Under the pieces are notes generated by a model that was not told the DNA's origin, did not search any database, and saw nothing but the letters and a program-made list of their open reading frames with translations. This document shows positions 39,439-53,488 of a DNA stretch of 64,000 nt, in pieces. The DNA comes from Proteromonas lacertae. Its lineage: Eukaryota. The stretch's first letter is position 1, and the number at the start of each line of letters is the position of its first letter. The position numbers were made by a program, and so were the translations under genes. The stretch covers positions 62,001 through 126,000 of the forward strand of contig NGBS01000586.1 in assembly GCA_002245135.1 (NCBI GenBank), written 5' to 3'.

Positions 39439-39883
39439 ATGACTATTGGTTGGGGTACAATTATCATGATAATACTGTTTGTATTATGTGGTCTAATAAT
39501 ATTTGCAGGACAATATACTGACTATTCAGGGTATCTTTCGTGTGATTTACAAATTTAGTCTTATTACGTTAGCAAGTGTGTTATTATGGATTGTTGTATT
39601 TGTAATACTGTTACTTTTGAGAAAAAATCCAAAGGATCCAGATTTTAAGCAATGGAATGTATATTGTTGTTATATTATTGTTGTTCCCTTAATAATTATA
39701 TAGGAGTATCAAAGAAAAGATATTGAATTATATGTCTTCTTTGCATTTATGGTGTTGAATCTAATTTTAGCTATTGTTGGTCTTATTGTTACTCATTTTT
39801 CAATTCCACTTTATGTATTATACACATGTAATATACTTAAATAGGGTTTTCATGTAGATGTAAAGTCTCATCGTTTAACATAG
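39439..39883 (+). CDS. TMEM218: TMEM218-like 3-TM ciliary transition-zone protein (~113 aa, three introns)
   Basis: Spliced product MTIGWGTIIMIILFVLCGLIIFAGQYTDYSGLITLASVLLWIVVFVILLLLRK...YVFFAFMVLNLILAIVGLIVTHFSIPLYGFHV. Size, three TM helices, N-terminal GxG and terminal H-x3-P-x-Y fit the family. Confidence 0.55.
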
Positions 39884-40199
39884 AAATCATATTAAAATGA
39901 GATTATTTCATTAATTTAACAGAATATATATATGTAGTTATTTTATGTGTGTTGTGTAGTTATGAGTATTTCGATTTTTAAGTCAATTTCATATCTTAAA
40001 TCTCAGTTACTATAAAATAAACGTATATACCATCCTATTACTAAAAAAGTAAGACTTATGATTTTCAACTGTAAGGTATATATCGCGGATTTTTAAATAG
40101 AAAAATATTATGAAAAATGACAGTTATAAAATAACCCCCATAAAGTAACTCATCTTTGATATTTGTTGAATATTTCTCTAGTCTTTTGAATTTAAGAAG

Positions 40200-43100
40200 A
40201 TGAAATCTTTAGTTTATCTTGTGATGGTTATATGTATCATTTTATGTTATAGAATAAATAGTCTTAACTGGATTTTCATTTGCAGGATCTATAAGAGGAT
40301 CTGAAAATATCCTAAAATCTAACATTGCTGAATTTACTCCAAAGAAAGTATCAGATAGCAACATCTGTAACTATCAACCTCAACTGCCAGTAGCATCAGC
40401 AGCAGATGGAGATGTACTTTATTTGTTTAATGGAAAATATGTTAAAATCGCAAAACTCTCTCATCCAATGTTTGAGAAAGATGATATTGCTACTTTTGTC
40501 AGAGTATTGTGCAGTACAGAAATTGAAAGAATAGATATTAACAATCAAGTAAGAGGACCTACATACATTTTGAAAGAGCTTGTAATTGAAGACTATAAAT
40601 ACAAGTTTTCTAAAGAAGAAATTTTGAAATACGAACAGAATTTTACAGGATGTGATGTTACATACAATGTCACATATACAAAGAATGATGTTGAAAAACT
40701 TTGTCAAAATGTAAATAAATATATAAACGAGAAAATTAGCTTACTTGTAAATAAATTTCCAAAGTATATTTATTTGAATGGAAATATATTCATACAACCA
40801 CAGAGTATTTTATTTAATTGCTATATATATTTATTTAGGCAGTGCAAGAATGACTAAAATGATAAATGATATATCATTAGATTTACATTATTTTAATTCA
40901 CTCCATCTTTACATGTTGAATGAAGATTCTGCAGTTGGAATAATTAAAGACTATTATTATCTATATATTTTCAATAATAAATATAACGATGTAACTTATG
41001 ATGGATTTAAAGTTGAGAAACTTCCATTAAATGCTATTGATGATACAGGTATATGTTATTATGTTATATATTTATATATTAGAAGAAATGAGAGTATATT
41101 CAGTAGGTAATATTCAATGTACACAGTTAAAATCTTCAGATAATGTTGGTTATTGTTTTATGTATGATCAAACTCCAACTGCTGCAGAAATATTAGCATA
41201 TGGAGATGAAAAATCAACCAGTTGTATATATCCATATTTATTTATTATATAATAGTAAGTGAAAGTAGTGTTAAATCAACTATAGAGTCATATATAACAG
41301 AGAGAGTTAATGTTAATTTGGATGATATTTACAATGAATATTATCGTAATTTAGAAGAATGTTCTGGTAATATTTACCATCCTGAGAGTTTACCAACAAT
41401 GAGTGTGAATAATAACGATGTTAGTGGAAATGATTATGGTTCTAAGTAGTGTTAATTATTATCTCACTAATAAATATGTTACATATATGACAAAGACTAG
41501 AGGGTAATACATATTATCAACGACTAGTTTATGATGTGAGAATTACTAATGAGAACGAGTGTAATTCAACAATTACTATCGGTAAATTAAATGATCAATC
41601 ATCAGTAATATTCTTTTCTGATAGTTTCAGATACAGCGAAATTGATAAAGACAAATCGAGTTTAGAGTTCAAATATTACACTTGTGAGTATATATATCTA
41701 TTCTATTTCTTTTATTATATTATAGTCAATTGAAAGATATTGATACATCAGCAAAAACAACATATTATGAAGATTACTGTGCAGTAGTTAAGAATTCAAT
41801 TCACTCAGATTCAAACTGTAATGCTAAATTGACTGGTAGTACAATAGCTCTTGAATGTGAATATCAATTAACTGATAAAGATGGTAATAAATCACCTGTT
41901 GAATATTTAATTACTTTTACTAAAGATGATGAAGGGTCTAAAGGTATTGATAGAATAGTTTCAGAGTCAATTACATCATATCCAATACCGTTGAGACGAT
42001 CATTCATATTAAATGATGACTTTTATTCAGGAGATAATTATATTGGTTCAATTGATGAATATAGTAATAGTTTGAAAGTAGAGATATTTGATAAATATAT
42101 AGAACATTTTAGTATATATCAATTGTTGTTATTTTATCTAATAGGTAATTATTCATTCACATATTATAAAGGTAATGGATTGTGTTTATATATGAAACCA
42201 TCATCTAAAGATGAAATTTATACATATTATGGATTTAGTAATAATAACAATTTTCCATTGTTAGGAACTTCTAGTGATAAAGTTACATTTATATCAAAAG
42301 ATGAAGAGTTCAGAATATTAAAGAATAGAACATTAAGTCATTTGAATTACATATTCAATTACAACACAGAATTGGATTTAGTTGGACAAAGTGGAAAATT
42401 GACTTACTAAAGATACTGAAAATGAGAATTACAATTATGTAGTGTTGTTAAGTGATAAAAAGTTAAGTATTATTAAATCTTATAAAACAGAAGATGGATT
42501 TGATACATATAAATTAATATATAATATTCAAGCTGTTAATAATAATCCATATGTAATCAATGTTACTGGTTTAGATTATTCAGCAAGTACTTTCAAATTA
42601 TCCAATCATACATGTTATACTACAGAACAAGAAGTAGAAGAAGATGGTAAGAAAGAGGAATGTGGAAATTATAACAAGATTTATACATATAATGAGAAGA
42701 TAAAGACATATTCAAAATTAAATGAAACAATTCTTGAAGTACCATTTGTTACTAACATAAGATATAGTGATGGTGATCATCTAACAATAAAAATAGATGA
42801 TGTTAGTATTTACATTTATAAAAAAGGTATATATATTATTACATTATATACTTTCTCTAGATAAAAGTGAAATTGATAAAAAAATAGCAGAAAGTTTAAG
42901 AACATATAAAATGAAAGATCATACATATGGTATTTATAGTGAAGAAGGTAGTTCTATTTCATTTTTTGGTGTATCTCCTGCTTACATGTTCAATTTCTAC
43001 TATTCAGACAGTATTAATAATTGTGGAATAACTACTAATCAAATTAATCAATTTATTGAAACTTCTGATAATTATACTACATTTAAAACAGAAACTAATG

Positions 43101-44895
43101 ACAACTATCAAGATTTATATGAATTCTGCTTTTCAGTTAGATTTGATGATAAAAGTGTATATTGTGCTGGAAGAATCATATGAAGGTAATGTTTTAATTG
43201 ATGAATATGTAAATGCAGCACCATTAGTTTTATTACCAAGTGTTAGTATATGAATATATTTCATTTTATATATTATAGCTTTCAGTTCAATCAAAAGCAA
43301 TATGAGTGAAATAATTGATAAATGTTCAACAAACTTTAAGAAGGCAATTAATGAAAAAGCTGAAGAAAGCAAATATAGTAATAAATGTAATAATGGAAAT
43401 AGATTACTATTTGAAGAGGAGATATTGCTTAACGTTCAAAATAAACAAAGTAAAGCTGAAAATGCTGCTGAAGAAGATAATAATAATAATAAAGATACAA
43501 ATACTCAAGAAGATGTAACTACTCCAGAAGTTGATGATTCAAAACCTGCAATAAATAAGACATGTGCTGGTTATTATGAAACTTCAGAAATTGAATCAAA
43601 ACTTTCATATTCTTATTATGGTATATTCTTAACAAATACAAAGATGATTATTGATGTTAGATATGAAAAAGTTAATGATAATACTAAAGAGAAGAAATAT
43701 GTTTATAATGTTATTCTTTATAATGATAGTATATATTAATATTTTAATATGTATTTCATATAGAAGAATCATCATCAGTACATATTCAATTAAGAAAATT
43801 AGATACTGTTGAAAGTAAGTTGGTATATAAGGCTAATGATGAAGAAAAATCATTTGAAGAATTAGATAATGATGATAGTAATAAAGATGATTTCTTTAAA
43901 GATAACAAACCAGAGATATTTAGCATAACAAACACATCAATAATACTTAAGAATGTAGGTGATATAAAAGAAGTTAATTTAACTATAGCTGATACAGAAA
44001 AGGTATTAAACTTATCAGTTGTAGCATTCCATCCAAAGCCAATACCAAATGATGTTAATTTCTTTGATTCTTTCACAGAAAATAATAATCAATATTATGT
44101 ATATAAGGTTTATGATACATTATTTGTACAATTAGTTTACAGTGAGAATGGTACTTATTTAGTAGAATTTGGTTCTAATCGATATTTAACTACTTCAAAA
44201 AGAATATTAATTGATATTAGTAAAATTAGTAATAGATATGTTTTATTACAGACTGGTGAAATAGCTAAAAAGGATGAAGATAATAACTTCAGTGCAGAAA
44301 GTGCTGTTCAAAGTCCAAAGCCAGAACCAAAACAACCAGATGAAATAGTTGAAGTAGCAGAAACTAAAACAAATGAAGTATCAAATGAAGTAAAAAATGA
44401 AATTAACAGTATTCCAACTCAAGCGCCAGCTACTGAAATTGTTGTAGAGAAAGAAAAATCTGTTGGAGGAAATGGTATTGCATTGATTGTAATATTTACA
44501 CTCATTATCATCGTTGTAGTTGCATTTGTTATAATTGGTGTATTTGTTCCACCAAAATATTACAGTAAATACTTTAACAAATCCAAAGTGGATGAAGGTG
44601 ATAAACCAACCTATGATCCTGTTGAAGAATTCCATAATCCAGCTGAAGTAGATAATAAGCCAATGCAAGTGGAGATGGTTGAAACAAAACCAGTAGAAGA
44701 AGAACAACCTAAAGCAGATGAAGCAAAACCTGTTGAAGAAACTACAGCAGTAAAACCACAATTATTAGAACCAAAACCAGCAGATGAACCAAAGCCTGAA
44801 CCACCAAATTCTACTGAAGAAAGTAAACCAGAAGAAGTAAAACCGACTGGCAGACAGGAAAGCCTGAAGAAACAAAACCAACTGATAGTAATTAG
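40200..44895 (+). CDS. Large type I surface protein, paralog S1 (multi-exon; several frameshifts)
   Basis: Spliced signal peptide MKSLVYLVMVIFLTGFSFA, long N/Y/C-containing ectodomain, TM GIALIVIFTLIIIVVVAFVIIGVFV, E/P/K-rich tail. Confidence 0.7.
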
Positions 44896-45090
44896 TCACA
44901 ATTTAATTATTATTATCATTTTATTATATCCATGATATTATACTTACTATTAATATTGTTTTTTTTTGATTTAATGAGATAGAAATAAGGAATTTCATAT
45001 ATGGAGAATTTTTGAAATTTTTAAAAAATACAATACAACCATTAATACACTGTATTAATTGAAATTTTTGTTATTTACTCATATTGTCAA

Positions 45091-48000
45091 ATGAGTAATC
45101 CCTGTTATATTTTCTACTTGGGTTATGTATATATTCCATTTATGCTTGTTAGACTTTCTCTCGATAGTCAACTGTATGAAAGAAAATCCAATAGTCCAAA
45201 GTTCATTCAGAGAAAACGTGGAATCGAGCTTGATAAAACCAAAAGCTAATAATGATGATGGTAGTTCCAAAAATATACCAACAGGTTTTATAAATAATGG
45301 CAACTTCGAAATATTACAGCTATTAAATGGAACTCACATGTGTATTGTTTCATATGATGAAAAATCACCAAAGAAAATTTCAGATACAAAATCATTAGTA
45401 AAATTAATCAAACGGAAGAAAAAGGAGTAGAATTATTAGGAATTGATGGAAATTACTCATTATTCAAATTTTCTAATGAGGATCCATTAACAGGCTGTAA
45501 TTTCAATACATCACAAACCTACACTTATTCGTATGTATTTACATGTTATTACACTCTATAGAGAAGTAAAAGAACAATGTGATGGAATAGTAAGACGAAT
45601 TGAAGGATTGCTAAAAAATGATATTGATTTTCAAGGAGTAAATGATTTAAGTATTATTCTATTATATATATTCTTTGTTTAGGTCTTTCAGAGGTTAACC
45701 ATATTATTGAAAATATTCAATTAGAGTTATACCCAATTAAATCCAAAAGTTTTATGCTTTTAGTTGAAGAAGAACATCAACTGACTTTAATGTCAAATAT
45801 CAATAATTTTATGTATCTTTATAGTTGTGAAAATGATTATAATTGTAATTTGGAAAAGAGTGAATCTGGTATAATTACAGATGAAGATGAATATACTCAG
45901 TTTATGTATACTGGACTTCAGTGTAGTATGTTATATCCAGAAGATTATAAGATATATTGTGAATCAAAAAACATGGATTTGGGAATATTACATCGTCTTA
46001 TCTCTCTTTACAATACTACTTTGAGTATAATATAATAGCATAATTATAATGTATATAGAATCATCTAGAGATGTTCAATATTCTACAGAAGTGTTCATCC
46101 AACAGCATGCTGAGAAGAATATAAATGAATTTATTGATTCTATAAAAGATGGTTTAAACAAAACTACAATTAAAGAGAATAACAATTTAGTAGAATATAA
46201 ATTACCAGAAATAAAATTAGTAAAAACAGAAGGATATGATTATGGCAGTTACAGTGAAGATAAAAGAATTTATTTAACTAATAATTATTATGTGGAAATC
46301 GATAAGAATACTAAATCATTAATAAGAAGAGTATATGATGTTGAAATAAAAGAAGAAGAAAAATGTAATACATATAAAGATGAAAAGATATTAAAGACTT
46401 TTAAAATAGATTTTAAAGGATTAAAATATGAAGAATCAGGTGAAATTCCTTCTGACGAAGAGATTTTTAATACATATGCACCATGTAATTTGACAAGCAG
46501 ATTCTACAGCTGCTCGTATATTTAAATTATTATTTTACATCATTAGAGAACTTAATAATGCCTGTAATAGTTTGTTTAATAACTTATGTGGAAAAACAAT
46601 ACTTGATCCATTTACATTAGAAAAGAGAGATAATGAATATGTTAGAAAAGATAGTTCTGGTAATAATTTAAAGATATCAAGTATTATTTTCTTATTATTT
46701 TATGTATAGATTCTGCTGAAGTGACTAAGATAGTAAATGGATTATATTTTACATCATATCCAATTGCATCTGGAGTAATCGTAGATATAGGAAGTATTAA
46801 AGTATACATGGCATATGATAGAGAACTAGGTAGGTTTTATGAAAATAAATATTCCATTTCAAATGAAGTTTTGAATGAAACAATTGTACATTATAGTATG
46901 TGTAGTATAAATATATTTAAATAGGCAATTATTCTAGTTTGGAAGATAATATTTGGCTTTTCAGAAAAGCAGATAATCCAAATAAAATATATAATGGTTT
47001 AAATTATCCAAATTGGAATAAAAGAGAAGAATATGAAGCTGAGACTTTTAGAAGTATATACAACATATATTTGTTTTTAATATTTTCTAGATGGTGATGA
47101 TGCAATTAACAGATATAGAAACGATTATATAAATGGTATTAAAAGAATAATTGGAGAAAAATTAGTAAAGACATCATATTATGGATATTATCATGGTAAT
47201 AATTATGTTTTTTTATTAGGAGAAAAACAGCTTGCATTTGTATTTAGTAACACTGCAAAGAATTATAAAAATGATGATGTTTTTAAATTGATATATAATT
47301 ACGAATTAGTGGATGGTAATCCTCATATATTGAATGTAACAAGTTTGGATTATATAAAATCATCATTTTTATTATCTCCAACTACAGCAACAGCTATATG
47401 TGGGGGAAATGAATTTAATACATCAATTCCTCACAGTTTAAATGATAGTACATGTGAAATTGAAATTGAAAAACTTACATGTTTTTATTCAACTCCATTT
47501 ATTGTTACTATTAATGTGTATGAAAGCTATGATGATAAAATATATGATATTCATTCAAAGTATTTTAATTTTGTACTAATGAAAAGATGTATTATATTTA
47601 TTCTATTTATTTAAATAGCTCGTTCATTGATGAATAGAATGATTGATTCTCCACTACAAACAACTCCAATTACTTCTCACACATTCGCAATTATTAATGA
47701 TAATAGTATAAATGCAATTACTCCAGGATTTATATATGAAAGATCTGGAAAATGTGGAGAAAATACTGTTCATAATATTACTGAGTTTAAAGATGAAGAT
47801 AGTTATACTGTAATTAACAGTAGTTCAAAAGAAGTTCGTTATTGTTTAAATGTTACATATGATGTTAATAGTGCATATTGTACTTATGATAAACCTACCA
47901 ATAATAGATTTATAAGTTTATACAGTGATGAGTATAACAGATATCCAAAGAAGAGTATTAGTTATATTTTATATTCATATTTAGGATTTGAATCAATAAT

Positions 48001-49373
48001 GGAGAGTATAAACGCTACATTTGATGAATGTTTGAATGAAACATTAGAAAGAGCTGATAAATGGGTTAGTGATATTCTGAATCAATGTAATAATGAAGTG
48101 AAGGCAAAAAGTATAGAAAAAAAAAGAAAAGTATTTTCAGGATTAATTGAAGATGATGATGATGAAAGAATGTTAGAAAATCCAACCAAACCTGATACTG
48201 ACATTGCAGGAATATATGAATATGGAAGTGTTGTTAATAGCAAAAATGAAATATATCAAGGTTATTTCATTACTCCCACAAATTTAATATACATTTCAAA
48301 AAGAAAAGACTGTAGTAATGTAAGAGACAAAGATGGGATAAAAAATTGTGAAATAAAATACATATATGACATAGATATTCAAAATAATGTTATTGAATGG
48401 GATGATGATGGTTTTAACAGGAATATTAGTTTTATTCACTACAGTATTAATAGTAAATATCATAAACAATTTATAAAAGATTTTGTAAATGGAAAAATAG
48501 AAGATCCATTTGATGTAACAAAACCTAAAATCGAATCTAAGGATAATAATGTTATTAAAATAAGTGGTATAAGTAAAAACCCATTGACATTCACAAGATA
48601 TAGTATTTTATTATTACTTTTATATTATAGATACAACTATTGTAAATTCATTATCAGAAATAGCTATTGGCATCAAAAACATACCAGCTCCCAAAAGTTT
48701 TTATGATAAAGTTACTACTGATGATATTGATTATTATGCTTGGGGATTTGGAAATGAAAGATTCTCAATGACAATTAGTAAAGAGATGAGCTCAATATCA
48801 TCTACTCCAGGTATAGTAGAAAAATATAAATATTATTTATTTAATGATAATAAATGTAGAAAATTATCTAATGAATATATTACATCTTCAGAAATAATTG
48901 ATTGTGATAATAATTATAATACAACATTTAATTCAGTTGAAACAACAATTCAAAAAGAAATAGGAAGCTTGAATTTAGAAATATATTCTTATTTGAGTAA
49001 TTTACCGAATGTAACACAAGAAGATAATTATAGAGATGAAGAAATTCCATCAGATAATGATAATAATGGTGATGATGAAACAGAAGACTTTTATGAAGGA
49101 AGTGATGGATATGTAATTGGCAAAGATGAAGATGATGGTTTATCTGGTGGTGAAATAGCAGCAATTGTTATAGCCTGTGTTGTATTTGTTTGTATTATCA
49201 TCGCAATCGTATATTTCTGTGCTTGTAGAAGAAAAAAAGAAAAGCATGTATCAAGTGGACCATATGAAGATGCTCCTGCTAGTATTTATACTCATAAAGT
49301 ATCAGTTAATGGTGATAAAGTTGAAGGATTTCAACCTAAAGCTAATAAATCATTCATTACAGTTAAAGCATAA
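45091..49373 (+). CDS. Large type I surface protein, paralog S2 (start approximate)
   Basis: Collinear homology with S1 and S3; TM GLSGGEIAAIVIACVVFVCIIIAIVYFCAC followed by RRKK. Confidence 0.7.
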
Positions 49374-49575
49374 ATATACAATGCTATTATTATTATTATT
49401 ATACTGAATTTGAAATGTTTTTGTTGATATTCACATATATCATCTTCTGTAGTAAGTTTATGTTGATTTAGAATACTTATTGAGAAAAGAGAATAAAAAA
49501 CAAAAAACACTCTAAAACGGCTAGTTTCTACAGTTATTTTTCTTTTTTAATTCCAAAAGCGAAGCACTCAATAGA

Positions 49576-52500
49576 ATGACCCAAATTCATCAAACATTAT
49601 TTTATGTATATCCTATACTTATTTTATCATAGTATTTATTTTATTTATCGTTTTTGTCAAAATTGATGGCTTAGATATTAATCGTTCCAATAGTATAATT
49701 ATGTTCTATTTATTTTGAATAGATAAATTTTCACAACAATCGTCGAAATCTTCTGATTTACACAACATTCCTTATGGTGCTTTTATTAGTTCACCTTCTT
49801 ATTTATTGTCACAAAAATTATTTGGAATAATTTCTTACTCCAATTCAGGTAACTCAAGAGAAACTAACAAAATTAGTGTATTCTTACCATACAGAGAGTA
49901 GTAATTTTACAGATAAACCAAATGATGTAATACTTGATCATTTAGATAGTCAAAACTCCTTTATTTATATACCTAACACTATTTTATCGTCATTTGGAGA
50001 AGGCTGTGAAGTAGAAGGTAATTATCATATAATAAAGTATGTTTTAAATTATAATATATATAGAAATTTAATAAATAAATGCGAAGAAGTCAATGAATTT
50101 GTTAATTCCACAATAAATGATTACACACCGGATCTTATTCAGTACAATGCTACCCATATAATAACAGATGATACTTCCAATCGAAGTAATACCACGCAGT
50201 TCAGAAGAAGTCGATCATTTACTCAAAACCATGAATTACGATTTTTATCCAATGAAATGTGATAGTTGTAGTGGAATTATTGATAATACTTATATGGTAT
50301 TGTTAGATGATAAAATAATCTCTGTTACAATGAATTCTGAAAAAGATTATGAAATTAACAATGAAATGATGAAAATATCCTCTAATAATTCAATTTCCAA
50401 TATAAAAAATCATAATCTATACTGTACAATGTTAGATGAAGAAGACACAGTGATTTATTGTATAAAGAGTGATGAAAAGAAAGATAATATAATAGAGATT
50501 ATATTAACAGGAAAAACACTAAAAATTGAATCAAAGAGCCATGTTGTGGATGAATATATAAAATATATACATGAAATCACTCACAATACCATAAAATATT
50601 TCCAAAACATTTCATCAACAACTGCAAAGAGATACTTGTATGAGAAGAAGAATCAAAAAGACATTACCATTAATACATATCCATTGATGAGTGAAAAATC
50701 ATCGTTTATTGATTCAAAAGATAATGAATAAATATGTGATAGTGAATGGTAGAAATATAATGAAATTAGAATCAATTGAAAAGGTTGATAGTAGTAATAA
50801 TTATACAATGATAAATTATCATATAGAGTTAGATACTGATTATTTAAAGAATGAAGGTAGTTATAGTGTTTTAGATGGAGATATATACTACTTTATGATG
50901 TCTAAAGATGAAAATATCTATTACAAATCCAATATACCACCAACTGGAAGTATTAATTATGATGAACTAATAAAATCAACATTTGAAGATGAGAAAATAA
51001 TCATTCAAAAATCGATTGATTCAATAAATGAAATGGTAAATGAAGTTACACTTTCAGTTGAACAATATAATATAAGATATGGAATAGTAAATATAGAAGA
51101 AGAAAATGGTAATATAATTTTAGTGATTTACACTGGTAATGATGAATATGTAGAGATGTATAATGTGGAGAATAATTTGTTCAAATTAGTGTATAAATTA
51201 GATAAAATAGAAGAAGTAAAAAACAAATATAATGTTGAAAGATTAAATGAAGATAAATCTCAAATCAAGTTTGCTTCTAATTCACCATATATCAAGAAAT
51301 GTAATAATGCATTTGATTCATCTAAGTCATATTCCATAAAAGAAATAAAAGAGATTTGTCCAACAATAATAGAATCATTTGTCAATAAGAATATGAATTT
51401 GAAATTACCATTTACACTTGAATCAACAGTGAAGATTAATGAAGATAAACATATCATTAAGAAAACTCATAATTGAAAGAACAAATGAGAAAACAGTTGA
51501 GAGATTATTAAATGATGAAAATAGAATAGAATTGATAGAGAATATAATCAATACATCATTACAAACAACAAAAATCAATTTAGCGAATAAATATGAAATG
51601 AAAAACGATGTGAATAAGTTAATATATTATTTATCATCTAAATATGTTATGAGTATTAATTATGATAGTTATTGTAGTGTTTATATTGATAAAATCAATA
51701 AAACATTATTAAGGAATGAAATAACTACATTTGTAGAGTCTAAAGATGATAAAGATAATAATAATAAGGAGAATTATAACTGTTTCAACTTTAAAGACAA
51801 TGAAAAGTATGTTTATTGCTTGAAATACTCAATGAAGAATGACTTCTTAGATATAAGTAGTATTTTGGATGATAAATTATTTGATCATTTCATTAGAAGA
51901 GAGAATGATAAAGAAATAAGAATAGATGAAGTTAAAGAATTAAAGGATTGTTATGTAAACATCAAAAAAATAATTCAGAATGAGATAGAAAAAGAGAAAG
52001 AGATAAATGAAAAATATGAAGAGATATTATTAAAGAATAACAATAGAATAATGATGAATAAAGAGAAGATGATAAAGACAAATGATGTTGAAAATGAAAA
52101 TGAAGAAAAAGATGGTGATAAGTTAGTTGAAGTATATGGTATTTATGAAAGTAATAATAATAATAATAATGGTTATTATAAGGGATTATATATTTCTAAT
52201 ACTCACTTATATCATACCATTAAAATCAATAGAAATACACTTCAAATATCATACGATATATCAATCATTAGAAATGAAGAAATGTATAAAATAAAGATAT
52301 TGAACATTGATGAAAAGAATACTGGTTTGTATAACGAAAATAATGAATTTAAACAAATACAAGTGAATGATATTCCAACACAATTTACTGAATTATTAAT
52401 GCCTATAGCTGTAGGTAAAGAGTATGAAATGAAAATATCAGATAAACACTACATTTTGCAGATCAAAGATTCATTATCTGTTGATTTAATCAAGTGTAAT

Positions 52501-53238
52501 GAAGATAATGTAAAATCAATATTGAAACTGGTGGTTTTATCAACAAAACCAGTTACAAAGCCATTTCATAATGAATTTTCATACAATAACAATATATTAA
52601 ATGTGTTTTATTCTAAAGGATTTTATCTAACAACTGAAGAAAGAGATAATTACTTTTATAAGAATAGTATTCAATTGAATAATGATGATAAAACTGAAAA
52701 TTATAATGGTAATAGTACTTATACTAAATTCTGTGATGATTATTATGTATTTGATATTAATAATAATAAAATATATTCAAGTAACAGTGATTATATTCAA
52801 TACTTCAATTATGTAAATAATATTTATATTCCTTCTATTTATAGTGATAAATTAACTATATTAAAAGATTCATTAACTTATATTCAAAATATAACCAAAC
52901 CAATACAATATGTAATTGATAATTTAATTGAACCAGAAGTAATGAATTATACTCAACCAGACGATAATAATAATGACAACGATGGTGGTGATGGTGATAA
53001 TGGAAAAGGAAAATATAAATTTAGTACAATGGAGATTCTTGCTATAGTCTTTGGTTCTTTGTTTGTCGTTATTGTTATTGGAATAACAGTTTGGTCTTGT
53101 ATTAATTGTTATAAAGATAAACAGGCATTGAAAGAGATAGAACTAGAGGAGATGAATAGGATATATAGAGAAAAGAATGGATTTACACCTTCTACAAACA
53201 AAGAGTTTATTAAAATACAAATGATGCCTAAAGTGTAA
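49576..53238 (+). CDS. Large type I surface protein, paralog S3 (start approximate; frameshifts)
   Basis: Collinear homology with S1 and S2; TM EILAIVFGSLFVVIVIGITVWSCI. Confidence 0.68.
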
Positions 53239-53488
53239 AAAAGAAATTTGTCTCTCTTTTCTTTATTATATAAATTATATGATTATATTGTTAAATTTGT
53301 TTTTCTTTAATAAAATTGAACGATTATATTCTATATTATTTGCTGTATATCTTATTATGCCAATGATGTAATGATGAAAGTTAAATGCCATTTTAAAGAG
53401 GGAGCATTTTCAAGAAAACAAATTGAAACACAAAAACACATTTTCGAACCAAGCTTTTCAAATCCAAATTATTATTTAGATTTACTCC

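Noticed and set aside
39659..39703. Possible second U12 intron in the TMEM218-like gene (TCCCTTAAT near the acceptor)
   Set aside because: The donor is GTATATTG, not RTATCC. The first intron's GTATCTTT donor has no matching branch site. Both are treated as U2-type.
560..53000. Programmed ribosomal frameshifting or RNA editing to explain frameshifts (~572, ~661, ~13067, ~17588, ~32378, ~41445, ~41500, ~45101, ~49581)
   Set aside because: Shifts go in both directions, share no motif and are not consistently at stop codons. Many sit in short homopolymers (GGG, CCC, AAAA) and hit conserved genes such as VPS8 and aminopeptidase P. Long-read indel error is the simplest explanation; comparing accurate DNA reads with RNA reads would settle it.
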